A stretch of 64,000 nt of DNA, taken from contig NC_092677.1 of assembly GCF_964355755.1 (NCBI RefSeq), positions 5,478,101 through 5,542,100 of the forward strand. The letters run 5' to 3'. The notes under the pieces are model-generated. The model did not search any database. It saw only the letters and a list, made by a program, of their open reading frames with translations, and was not told where the DNA came from. The position numbers were made by a program, and so were the translations under genes. Shown in pieces: positions 38,093-51,800 of the stretch (its first letter is position 1; each line of letters opens with the position of its first letter). This stretch comes from Antedon mediterranea (lineage: Eukaryota; Animalia; Echinodermata).

Positions 38093-39827
38093 ACTTGCTT
38101 GAAGAAATTAATCAACTAAACTTTTTAAACTATGCATACATAGCGCCCTCATTTGTTATTCGCCCTCCATAGATGTGATGAAAGACCGTTTGTGATTGGT
38201 CAATACTCACGGTAGTAACCTGGTACGCGCGGCGCGCAGAACATCCGGTGATTCGGCTCGAAGAAGATGAATTATTATTTATTCGGCCTACCTGATAATA
38301 TTATTATTATTAATGTAGGCTTATTGATAGAAATTCTTGGGAATATATTTCCGAGAGCAAAATATATTCCTGAGAGCAAAATATCATTCCCTCCCTGTCA
38401 AATCTTATATTTCACCTCTAAGCAGGCAATATCTGTATAATATATCATACATACAGTATACTCATACAGGCACAGAAAAAAAAAATCAAAACGGTAAAGA
38501 TGGAAAAGTTGCCACAACCGAGATTCTGCTTGATATGCAATTTTCTTAACCTTTATAACTATCAAAACGTACTAAAGTTTTTCTTTTACGTTAGCCAATT
38601 TTTGTTCAGCTTTAATAAAGTTACATGCTTGTTCATATTTTATTAAATTGGAAAGTTCCGTTTTGTATACGTTCCATATTGTTTGTGAAACATTTTCTTC
38701 ATTTAATGAATTATTATGTTAAACATGACTTATATGCTTGTTTACAGATTTGTGATTGTACCTTAATGTAACATCAGTTATATTTTTACTGTTCAAGATG
38801 ATTTTGTACTGGGTTTGGTCTACTACTCCCAACTAGTCATTCATTCATAGAAATATTGATGAAAAAAGTCTATCTGGTGGTGACTATAGAGTGGACCCGA
38901 TGATGAGTTTAGTTAAGTATTTTGAATATTTCTGTTTGTATACAATGTTTAATGTTTCTAACCTATACGTATCACAGGTTCTGATAAAGATGAAAGTTCT
39001 TTCACTGCTATATAATTAATTTAACAAGTTTTAAACTGTAAATACTTATTTTCAATTCAATTCACTTCTTTGATTTTCAATAAAAATATAAATGTATTTT
39101 TTATACAATATAATTTGTTTCCCAAATAACCACTCAGTTTCTTTTATTTCAATGACTAATTGCATTCATTTTTTCCTCCTCCTTAGGAAAAGTGTATATA
39201 TACAGTAAATATTTGCTTTTAACATAAAGATATGTGATGTACAAGTAATTAATATTATTTATAAGAGTGTGTCATCATAATAAAAATATGAATATAAATG
39301 GCATGCAGTGATACCACCATATGGATATAATAAGTGTGTGGCAGGCACAATATATTCTATCACTCCTCAACCAAAGTTATGTATAATCCTTTATTTCAGT
39401 ATTAATGTATAATTTGTCACCACATCTTTCAAGCAAAGCTGAAATACAATTTAGTACTAATATTTGATATAAAAGTGGAATATGATATAAGTATTGCATT
39501 GGCTCTGTTGACATTGATGCTTCATTGGATGCGGTAAATAACAATAAGCAAGTTACTGTTTAGCCAAATCTTGGTTCACTTCAATGGTTAAGGCTCTCTT
39601 ACTTAGCTTTTAAAAACGGAGAGTGATACTGGATGTTAAAATGAAATATAAAAAAACACTTGAGTAGTGTGGCAGTCTGTTGTGCATGAAGCCCTTGACC
39701 AGGACAAATAGTCAAAATAAAGTGAGCAGGTACTTTATTTTTAATTATAATTTTTAATGAGTTATAAGTTGTGTAATTTATTTTTTAGTGTAGGGTTTTT
39801 TGTTCTAAAAAATGCCACTATCAACAC

Positions 39828-42800
39828 TTAACATGGTGTATACATGCTGTCAACTGAATAATTTGGATTGTTTGCTGTATGACGTGAATTCTCATCTCGT
39901 TTTTCATCCAATTTCTGTAAACATTTCTTCTTTGACTGTTTGTATGAATTCCAAATGCGTATTGTCTTGTCCCATGAGGCCGATATATACTGTGTAAAGA
40001 GAAGAAAAAATATGTTACCAAAGGTTTAATGCATGTAGTTTTGGAAACACTACTTATGTTAGATTATTTAAAATACGATTTCATTGCTTGTAAAAAAAAT
40101 ACTTTTGAAATAGGACATGTAAATAGTTGATAACACTGTTTTACAATATTAGAGTAAAATTTACTGTATTATTAAAATAAACATCCATGTCATTATAGAT
40201 TATAATACATATTAGAAAACTTGTTTTTGACGCTACATAAAAAATAATTAATGTTTATTTATATGCTATGTGTAACTCCTTTGTAACAAGGAGTAATATA
40301 TTTTTTAGACTCATTTAAATAAATTACCTGGTTTCTGTCCGGGATGTGGATGATGCTACGGACTGAGTCACTGTGTCCAATATTGGTCTGCATTAGTTTA
40401 AATGTTTGAGAGTCATAAACTCTGAAAAGAAATATTTACGCATTTAAATTGTTATGTAAAGAACCGAAAAATAGTGTTTTTTTTAAGGTAGTAGTAAAAG
40501 AATGTTTTCATTTTATATATTTTAGAAATGTAGTTTATATTATATTTTAAAATTAGAAAGTAAAATTATTCAAAAATTAAACTCTTCCATTATTTCAGTT
40601 TCCCATTCTAATTAACAATTACACTAAAGTATAGTAGAAATAATTGTATTTTAAATAAAACTGTTTATTGAAAGTGTTCTTGAATAAAAGTTGCATCTGC
40701 ATACTGTAATGTTTACATGTCACCAATCATTGTCTGGTGAAGATCTGATGAAACAAAACAGTAGAACAGTGTTCTGAATACTTTATTGTGGCTTACTGTA
40801 CTTTAATTAAATTTCTACATCCACAGTTAATAGTGTAGAGAGTTTGTTTCTCTTTTTATCTTGTGTTTATTGTTATGAATATTATTTCTGAAATAACTGT
40901 TGATGAGTGAAGGGTTTAGTTCTAGTACTGTAGTACTAACTTGATTGTGTTCTGCACTCCAGCCACTATGCTGCCGTTCTTCAAGTCAATACACAGTGCC
41001 AACACTGCTCCATGAGTTGCTAAAATCTGATCACATGACATTCCATCCTCACTCTTTACAGAAAAATGTTATTATAGGAAAATAAATGAAAAATTTCCCA
41101 CATTATTTTAAAAATATTAAGTATTTATAATCAATTTAACAAGTTTGAAAGGTTTTTTAGAATTAATTTTCTTATATCTTTATGATGGAAGAATGTAACA
41201 TATCTATTAATACATGCACTACTAGTTTTCATAGCCAAAAAAGAACCAAGAACAAAACTCTTTAAAGTATATTATGGAGGTCATCTCCATGGTTTACTTG
41301 TTGTGTCCATTTCATGTATAAATAAGGTCATGTTCTATTCAGTTAATATTGTTAATTATTGATTTAAATACAATAGAGTAAATATAAATTACTGTAGCGT
41401 AGGTAACAATATTCAATTTTAAAATTTATAGAGACTGTTTTAAAACTGATGTTTTTGCATGTATTGAATTTAATATTTACCCAAATCCTAATAGTGCCAT
41501 CTTCAGAGCCTGTGATCCACTTATCCGTGACCTTATTCCATCTAACTTGAGTGATTTCTGCATCATGACCTTGAAGGGTGTTGCACAAGGTCATGTCACT
41601 GCCAACTTCACTGAACTTGCGAATGTACACCATCTTATCACTCGAAGCATACGCAAATTCATTTCTATGCATAATCAAAATAACATTGATTTATAAATGT
41701 ACAGTATATGCATACAGATTGGCAGTAACTAGAAGTTCCCCAGACTACTGCAAAGTATCTACAGGCTCTTTCTTTTTGAGGTGAGCAAGTGCGATCACTC
41801 ACCTAACACACTCCTAAAATGCCCTGGAGGAGTGTGATTTACAACACGCTTAAACTTGGTAAACTTCTACACACCAAAATACAAACAGCACCCCTGAATG
41901 TATTGAGGAGTGCAATTTGTAGCACACCTATGATTTTAAAACGACAGGGCCTGCTGCAATCTATTGTGGGGCAATATGCGATGACAATGAAGAATGTCTT
42001 CAAGACATACCTTTTTGGACAGTACGTCATATCAATGACAATACCATCACAGGCTAACTCCTCATCATTTGAGTTGTTTGGTGATGTGTTTCTGAATGTG
42101 TCATGAAGGCTATAAATAGAAACAATAGTATCATTATTGAGATATTTCATTCAGGTTTTTGGGGGAATATTTAACATGTTATATTGACCAACAAAACAAC
42201 TTTTAATGTATTATGTTTTTAAACTTAAATTACCTTGCTTTTTCTAAATCCCATATACAAATACGTCGATCCCAACCAGATGATAGCTAAGTGTAAAAAT
42301 CAATTACAATATAGATTAAATATATATTAGAAAGTGGAAGATTCAGTTATAGGCAAAATTGTATACTATAGAAATAACATGTTTTGTTTTTAGGTTGGGA
42401 GACATTGCTTTATAAGAATGAGGCAACCAGTGTTAACGACAATCTAGAAATTCGTCAGTTTCTTAAGCCTAATAAGCATATAATAATGAGCACATAGAAT
42501 GTTTCATGTCGTTTTACCACATGAACTCCATATTAGCTACTGTATGTGCTGCAATAACCTTTCATGTCATGTAAGTGACACGAGACTCTATTATACAAAT
42601 GTGCCTTAAAATCACTTGTTTTTCTGAGTTGTATTTTCTGACACGAGCTTGAAATGCAGTCGGACCAAAGCATATGTAAAAGACCCTTTAAGCTGTGTTT
42701 TTGAAGAGTTGTATTTTCTTACAAGATATGTGCTGTGATATCCATTATCCCTGCCAACCAGCACCATACTTGTGATGCAGTTACTGTGACCAGTAAGAAC

Positions 42801-45800
42801 GTTCTTGCATATGAACCCAGCAACTCGATTTGTCACTGAATCTTTTTCCTGTATTCAAGAAAAATAATTGTTAAAATTTGTGATTAGTTTTCATTTAAAT
42901 ATTAGTGTTTATAGTTCTTTTAACAGGCGTGTGTGCAAGCAAAATATGTGTTCACTCCATGCTACCCACAATTCAATACAAACTGTCAAAATTAGGTGAA
43001 AACTTTGATGATTTGAGTTGTTACTCAAAACATCAAAGATTTGACTGTTCTACTGCTCAATAATAATTGGTTATTTCAAACCCTGTAGAACCAGAAAGTA
43101 AGTTTAATTTTAATTGATCACATGGACGTGATTTCACAGCCCTTGGTGCAGTTTTTGAGAGGTCATGCATTATAGTATGAATAGTCAAAATTGTACCTGT
43201 ATTTCTTGATCGCATCTGTTGATCAACAGTTCTGAGTCGTCATTTAACAGTATGGCGTATTTCTTTACTAAGTGTTCAAATCCAACTGGTTTCATACCCT
43301 TCAATGCATCTACTGCTGCGTCGTCAAATCCCCAACAATCTGAGAAAATAAAATTACACAGACTGGTCATGGCAACCACTGGTATGATAATGGCCAGTCA
43401 TTTATATAATTTATTTTTATATTAATCATAATTTATCTGATACTTTATTTCAATATACTGTACTATACATGATTCTTATTATTAGATAGGCCTATACTTA
43501 AATTGTTCATGTGTCATCTGAAGGATATAAGATATCAATTTTCTCTTACATATGTTGCCATCTTCAGATGCTATTAATAGTAGATCCAGATATTCAACAA
43601 ACAGAGCCTGTAGTAGAGCTGACTTGTGTTTGTCTACGACATTATTCTAAATAGGAAAAACAATGGACAGGTTAGTTGATCCTAGCCTTGCTTCAGTTGC
43701 GGATCTAGGATTTTACAATAGGAGGCTAAAAATCATAAAATGAAATTCTGAACTTAACAAAACTGCATTGCAGTCGGGAAGAAGAGACTTCTAGGCCCCC
43801 TCTTGGATTTGTCCATGTTGCTAAGTTTATCTGTTAACTCGTCCTGCTTTTTTTGGACACAATGAACTATAAAGTATAGCAACTTACTTGGTTGAGTGTC
43901 CTGTCGTTTTGGGTGTTTTGAGTTGGTCGTCCGATTGCTCGTAATGTTTGTTTGGCAGCTGCTTGTCTTTTAATGTTTTTGATTTGTGCTAATTTACTGT
44001 AGGCTTCCGACATTGGAAATACTTCTTTACTGTTGAAATTAAACATTTTTGTAATAATCATCATGTTAGAGTTTGTTGTAATTATGGCCTAGAAAAGAAA
44101 GATGTTTTTCTATGCTGCTTAGGTGTCAGCCGTATTTGTTTACTGAGATTTGCAAGCATCTAAAACATAAAGTGCTGTTGTGGCTCTTACCTGTACATAA
44201 AATGATTTGATTGTAGTCTTTCCCACTTGTGAACTTCTCCATCGTTACCACCACTGAATATTAAGATTGGAACCTTCTTGGCTAAAATACAGAAAAGGTG
44301 ACAGATATGGGTATTTGTTGATCTCGGTATGCTATCATAAAATCTTGATCTTGTTTTCTTTTTTTAACACCCACTAAATCAACACCTGTAGATGCAAAAT
44401 GTAGACTACCATAGCCAGACCACTGGCTGGAACAATAAATGCTCTGTACTGTATAATGTAGTTAAAGTATAGACGTCAAAGGGAGTGGACGTACTTGACT
44501 CGGCAGCGCTAATTTAGCGGCTCTCCGACCAGCATATACGTACATATGTGGTTTTTGTACTGTATATAACATTTGTTTCATCGTTTTTTAACATTTCTGT
44601 TTCATTTTGATGTCGTTTTGAGAGTATTTTTGGTGTTGTTTGGTGTTTTTGGTGCTACAGTATTACTGTATGAAATGTTTAGCCGTACCAATCAGGCAGT
44701 GTTACGCAAACAAGTCTTGTATGGAAGGAATGCATTCAAGCTCAACACAGGTGCACCGCCGCATACCAAGTTCCCATTTGTTGAACAACGTAAGCGTTGG
44801 AGATGGAGGGGAGTTCGCGGTGGAACAAAAAGGCGAATACGTGTAATGACTTCTAATCGTTATACATGGAACTGTAGGCCTATTACCGGTATCGAAAAGA
44901 GGACGCGGAACCTATACAACTTACGAACGTTACAAAAAGCATCCACCACTTATAGCGTAATAGATGAACAGCGGAAAGGTAAGCCTAGTCAGTTTCCAAT
45001 AGTTATGCTTACAAATCCATGGTCTATAATGAATAAGATTGATGAAATTTCTATGTATTTGGAAGATAAACATATTGACATTGGCCTGTTTAGTGAATCA
45101 TGGACTAATAAAGAAAACGAACACAAAATTAATATCGACGGATACTCTTGTTTTAGTAGTGGACGGAGTGATCGTATAGGGGGTGGCGTAGCTGCACTAA
45201 TTAAGGATACTATCAAAGCTCGCACAATCAATCCTATTCCTATTCCAGATGTTCTGGAAGGTATGTGGATTAAAGTATTGCTACCAAAAACGCCACGGAT
45301 CATGTCATCCTTACATTTGTGTACAACCAGTTAGTACACAAACAACACTTCTTTGTTATTTAAGAGAATCCGTTGACAGCATTAGAACATCATCACCGTC
45401 AGCGGCGATTCTCATTAGCGGTGATTTTAACGAAGCCCGCGCGAAAGTTAAACAATTTTGCTCGTCAACTGGTCTTCGACAAGTTGTCAAAACTTCAACT
45501 AGGGACAACAGTGGTAATATTCTGGACTTGCTTATAACTAACTTTTATCAACATTACGAAGAACCGGTTGTTCATGCACCCTTTGGTCGTAGTGACCATA
45601 ATTCGATTTTATGGAAACCAAAACCTGGATTCGTCTGCATTAAGGGCCGCAATGTTATTAAGTCTTTCCGGCCTTTTAGCGAATCTGCTTGCAATAGATT
45701 TGGTCAATGGATAACATCACAAGATTGGCATGAAATACTGGAAACCGACGACCTTGATAAAAAAGTAAATATTTTCGAATCAACATTATGTCTGGCATAC

Positions 45801-48800
45801 GAACGTTGTTTTCCAAAGCGCAGAATTAAAGTTCATTCAAATGACAAACCATGGATCACACCAAAAATAAAAGGACTTTGTAAGGAGAGACAAATTAGCT
45901 TTCATAAATATGGAAAAATGTCCCGCCATTTCCGTACACTTAGAAACCAAGTAATTTGGGAAATCAAACAAGCAAAGATTAAATACTACAGATACGAAGT
46001 TAACAATCTGCAAAACACTAACGCAAAGCAGTGGTTCCAAAAAGTTAACCAAATATGCGGTACGAATAAAAAGAAATCGGTGTTGAATCTAGAAACTGAA
46101 GAAACCGATCCGCTTAAAATTTGCGAACTAATAAATAACTACCTAGCGAATATATGCCAGAAGATTGAACCCCTACAAACTAATAGTCTACCATCATACC
46201 TTCCTTGTGGCTATGCACCGACACTCAACTTCTGGCAGGTGTATCATCAGCTTCAGAAAATAAACTGCAACAAAACAGTTGCCCCGGGTGATCTACCGCC
46301 TCGCGTCATCAAAGAATTCGCATTTGAAATTGCATCACCGTTAGTTGACATCTACAACGCATCACTCTCGCAAGGCATAGTCCCGCGCAAGTGGAAAGAG
46401 GCGACCATAACCCCACTTCCTAAAGTGAAAGGACCGGTTAACTTAAATCAAACCAGACCCATATCCATTACACCAATTTTTGTACGCATGCTAGAACACT
46501 TTGTCTCGTCATGGATAAAACCCAAGATCGCGCCTAAATTAGACGAAATGCAATTTGGAAATCGCACAGGAGCGTCTACAAGTCACTATCTTACTAGCAT
46601 GTTACACTATTTACTTCAAGGTCTTGATAAACCTGGACACGAAGCAACGGTTATTGCAGTTGATTTTCGTAAAGCGTTTGACCTAATTGATCATACAATC
46701 GCTGTCAAGAAATTAATTGATATTGGAGTTCAACCTGAATTGATGCCGTGGATTTGTGATTTTCTGAGCGAACGTAAACAGAGAGTGAAACTCAATGGCG
46801 GTTTTTCAAACTGGCAAGGAATAACTTGCGGAGTTCCTCAGGGGACGAAACTGGGTCCCTTAATTTTCCAAGTAATGGTTAACAATTCGCTTAGAGACTT
46901 CCCAAATCGGTGGAAGTATATAGATGATTTGTCAATATGTGAAGTTCACAACAAGAAAACCCCGCCTAATGTTCAAGATCAATTAAACGAACTATCACAA
47001 TGGACCAAAGACAATAATATGATAATTAATGTTGAAAAAACTAACTTTATGAACATTTCTTTTGCCAAATCTCAACCCATTGTTAAATCATTTACGATAA
47101 ATAATATAAAAATAACCAATGTTGAATGCTTAAAGTTACTTGGGGTTCAGATCACTAATGATCTGAAATGGAATATGCATATCCACGATGTTGTTAATAG
47201 AGCCAGTAAGAGATTACATATGTTGACATGTTTAAAAAGATTTGGAATGCCTTGTAACCATCTGCGTCAAATGTATATTAGCCACATAAGACCTGCAACT
47301 GAATATGCGTGTCCGGTATGGCACTCTGCCTTAACCATAGCACAATCCATGGAGCTTGAATCTATACAGAAACGCGCATGTAGAATAATTCTCGGACAAA
47401 AATATGCATCCTATGATCAAGCAATTAAACTACTTAATCTTAAATTTTAAGATCAAAGAAGAGAAGATATTCTTCTTGATTTTGCTAAAAATCCTAACAA
47501 AATCGTTCCTAACGCACTTCCTAAATTGAGAGGCGAAACGTGTGGCAGGATACTTAGGAATGCTAAAAAGCAAAGTGAAATATATGGCAATACTAAAAGA
47601 TTCAACAACTCATGTTTCCCAGCACTGTGTAGACTAATTAATAAACCAAAATAAACACAACAATAATAATAATAATAAGTAATAATTACTTTCATCAGTT
47701 TCTTCCATGTGTAATATCTCCTTTTTAAAAATATTTTTTTAAACTTTTTAACTTTTTAATGTTGTAAATTTTGATGTTTGAAAGCTTGTACCAATTCTAT
47801 ATGTAAATCTCTCGCAATTCAGTTTTATTTTATATATACTGCAAAGAGAAATATTGAATAAAAGCAGAATGAATGAAACATGGAACACAACGCAATAGTC
47901 AAATCCATAAGAATGATCAATATGGAACAAAAATAATTGATTGATATTATAAATACTTACTGTATGTAAGACATTCCACAGCATTTTTGCATTTTAAGGC
48001 AGTGATGCAGGCAGATGGGTTGTACTTCCAAACGATCAAATGTCGCCGACTTGTACTAGCTATTAAAGACAATAAATTGGCAACATATGAATAACTACTA
48101 TACAGATATCTACAGTAGAGATTGAAAGACCCACTAATCAACTTTGAATAAGTATATACAAACTATAGCAATGAGTGTTATAGTGTATTATATTTGATTT
48201 CCAAGTCTAGGCTTCAAGTTTTTGAAAAGGTGTTCGATTTTGTTTCCTTTCCCCTGATTTAGGCCCAGATTTACCTACGACTTGATGTAATTCTGGAAAG
48301 TATTTTAGAAGTTGAATGTGGTATTTCTCATTGGCCTCAGATTCTTGAAAAGTTCCTATAAAATCTGACACCTAGAAAAAAAAATTATAAATATTTGGGA
48401 CAGGAGTCAATTGAGATAAAACTTGATACAGTGATTGTCTATTGAGAATTTATATTAAAAGGTTTGGATTATCACAAGATTTGAACCCAGTCTCTTCCTC
48501 CAAGTTCTCAGGTAGACTCGGTTAAACCATTTTATAACGTCTTACATTTTCCCCTGATTTTGGGTCAAAGAGGCTAGCAATTGGAGAGCCTCCTGCTACC
48601 CATAACGTCTTGTTTTTTGGCACGTAACATATGTCGGTTACAGTTGAGATGAAGCCGTCCAATCGGTGAGTGAGTTTACCATCTTGTGACCAGATCTTGA
48701 CAACTTTGTCAAATGATCCTGTGATTAACCTAAAAAAAGAAAATAGTTCTTTTTAAATAAATTAAACAATACTAAAGTGTAACTCAAATTTGATTGTTTA

Positions 48801-51800
48801 ATAAAATAAAAAAAATTAAACATAGGTCAGATCAAAGAACTGAAACCAAACCCACTAGAACATTTAAAGCAAAACAAAACATGATCATCAACTTTTTTAC
48901 ATTTATTTTTGTATATTTTAATTAACTTATGTCACAGAAATGTGAAATTTGTTTTACTATATAAGAAATGTGTTTAATTTGTATACATTACCAAGTATTG
49001 TTTTCTGTGTCTTTTACAAGAACCAATGTAGATATTCCTGCCTCATGTGCTTTGTGATTTCTGCAGGGAAACAAACTTATGCTTAAAAAATGATACTAAA
49101 ATTACATTTTGATATCGTAAAATTAAGAATTACAAATGTGACCTGCATGTGTTCAAACAATCGTCATGCATTAAAAAAAAACATATTTCCTAAAGAATTA
49201 GTTTCATCTCCATAAGCTTCTATTTCAAGCATACTTTTATAGTTTTCCTTTTTGTTAAAGATGTATTGTCACTGGAAACACAAAAAATGAAAACAAAAAT
49301 ATTCAAAATTTAAATTAGCCATATCAAAGTAATATTAAAGTTATTCACTTTAAGTCGAAAATTCGAGCCAAAAACAACAAGTTTACGTAATTAACAGGTA
49401 AATTAATTAGATTACATTTTGTCTGGGAAATCGTCGCAAGCGAAAGTAAACAAAGAGTATGCATTTAATATGCATGATGCTAATTAGGATTGCTTACAAC
49501 TCGTCACGGTTGAGAAGGTGTTTTCACACAGATCGCGATGAAGTTTTATGATTATGCATACAGAGTAGCCAAACAGGCGCATTGCATTATGAGATATGTT
49601 TTGATAGAAAACTTTGACTGGAAGTCAAAGTTATTTTTTGAACAAAAAAACATCTGTATTTCGGTTAAATTTTTTTTTTTTTCGACTAATTTTTGGTGAA
49701 AGTTAATAACTATTATGATACTTCAAAATGACCCCTTTTTTTTGGGCGAATTAGTCAAAGGGACAATACATCCTTAAACAAAATTAATTAATGGATACAT
49801 ATTCACAATTTAGAAGTGCAATAAAGCAGGGTAGGAAAAATGAAATACAGTAAGTGACGTCAATATAGCTATTTGACCAACACCATAATAACAAACATAT
49901 AGTTGAAAGGGAAAACAAGTTAAAACTGGTTTCAGTGTGGCAATCAATTTAATTTGTATAAACCAATACAATCTTCAAAGACAGTTTTGTTGAAGAAATC
50001 AAGCTGATCAGCTTAATGAAACTGTTTTATAATTGTTTATTTGTTATAATCATAATAAAGGCAATAAACATCAAGTTGTTTTCAAATGTTGAAACCACAG
50101 CAATAACTTATGTAAGTCTATATATATAATATATACAATAAAAGCCCGAAAGCTCTGCTAACTTTTCTGGCTGTTTACTTTATCGTTTTGATTTAGCTTT
50201 TCGAATTTTTTTTTGTATCTCCATTGAGATCCAGCCACTGATACCCACAGCATTGTTATTTTTTCAGTAATTTGCCTTTGGATTAATATATACAATAAAC
50301 TTACATTTCGATAACTAAAGAATCAACCACAAAAAAATCTAAAATTGAATTAGTATAAGAACCAGCCCAGTCTTTATTATATACAGTAGAAAATAGATTC
50401 AAAAAACCCAAAATCTAGTTTTTAAATTATTATAGCTAGACCAACATTTATTATTTGATTATTGTTTTCCCAAACTTCTTTCTTTAAGCCATAGTTAAGT
50501 GTCCTAGCTACATGCGAGTGGTTAAGCAAATTGTTTAACAGTTTGTTCAATCAGTTGTACATCACTTACACAGGAAATTGGTAAATAAAGACAATAATTC
50601 TTACTACTAAAACTCTGTCTACACTATCAAACTTTATGTGATGTGCCCATGGCCATGGTGATGTCATATCACTACAATAATTGGGAACATCACTACCATA
50701 TTTGGGCACATATCACTTTTTTGTCAAACTAGTTTTGATAGTGTAGACCAAGCTTAAAGCAAATAAATACATCACCAAAGCTGGGACCAAAGCATAATAT
50801 AGAAAAAAATAAATTTTATATTTCATTTTAGATAAACTTACATAATATGCAGATCCTAAAATGGAAGATGTGTAAAAAGAAGACATAAATAAATTATTAA
50901 TCATGAATATGATGAATGAACAAATTATAACCATATGTATTATTATTTTTACATTTTATGGAGAAGAAAAAAGTGATGTTATCTGCTCCTCCTGCTTTTC
51001 TACTCACTGTATTCCGCCCCCCCCCCCCCCCTTAAACAGCACAAGTAAAGTACTGTAATAATAGCCAAAGCAAACATCTAGTTATGACATATTGATAACT
51101 TACATAAAAACAGGAGAAAGACCTCTGTGGCCGGGATAACTTGATGAGTCGTATATGATAAGTTTTGAATCATATCTAAATAAAAGAAAACAAATTATAA
51201 TCAATCCATAAGAAGACATTTTTGCAATATGTGTACTTTTTTTAAAGCAATCCTTATAGCTGCTCTTACCCAGCTGAATAGACACGAGACTCGTGGCATA
51301 CGATGCACTTTACAATGTCTGTGTGTTCAGTAGATGTTGAGCCGGACTTGATATGAATTAAATGGCTACCGTCTTTGTCGGCTACAGCTGATGGTTGTAC
51401 AGCGCCACCTACAAATCAGAAAAACATGATTGATTGCTTGACCACTTTATCCAAACATGAATCTGTCTATGTAGCAACTGAGTTTTAGATAGTAATTCCA
51501 TAATAATGCACTATATATATACAGTATATATAGTATATATATATATATATATATAAACACATCAGGCAAAGAACATTAATTCTAAACCGCCCGGTGATAT
51601 ACTGAAATTTAATTGATTAATTTGAAACGATAAAGATGAGGAAATCTGTGAGAATGAGAAAAAGTCGCCCCAACCGAGACTCGAACTCGGACCGCCTGAA
51701 TATATATATATATATATAGAAATATACAGTAGGCCTACTTTAATCTTCTTATTACATAGTTAATAAAACCACATAAAAAATAAATAATAAATCAATAACG

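Noticed and set aside
43694-43818. hAT-like MITE (GCGGATCTAGG..TTGGATTTGTCCATG), and a similar start at approx. 63772
   Set aside because: Ends are too degenerate and no matching 8-bp TSD was found; for the 63772 element no second end is visible in the window.
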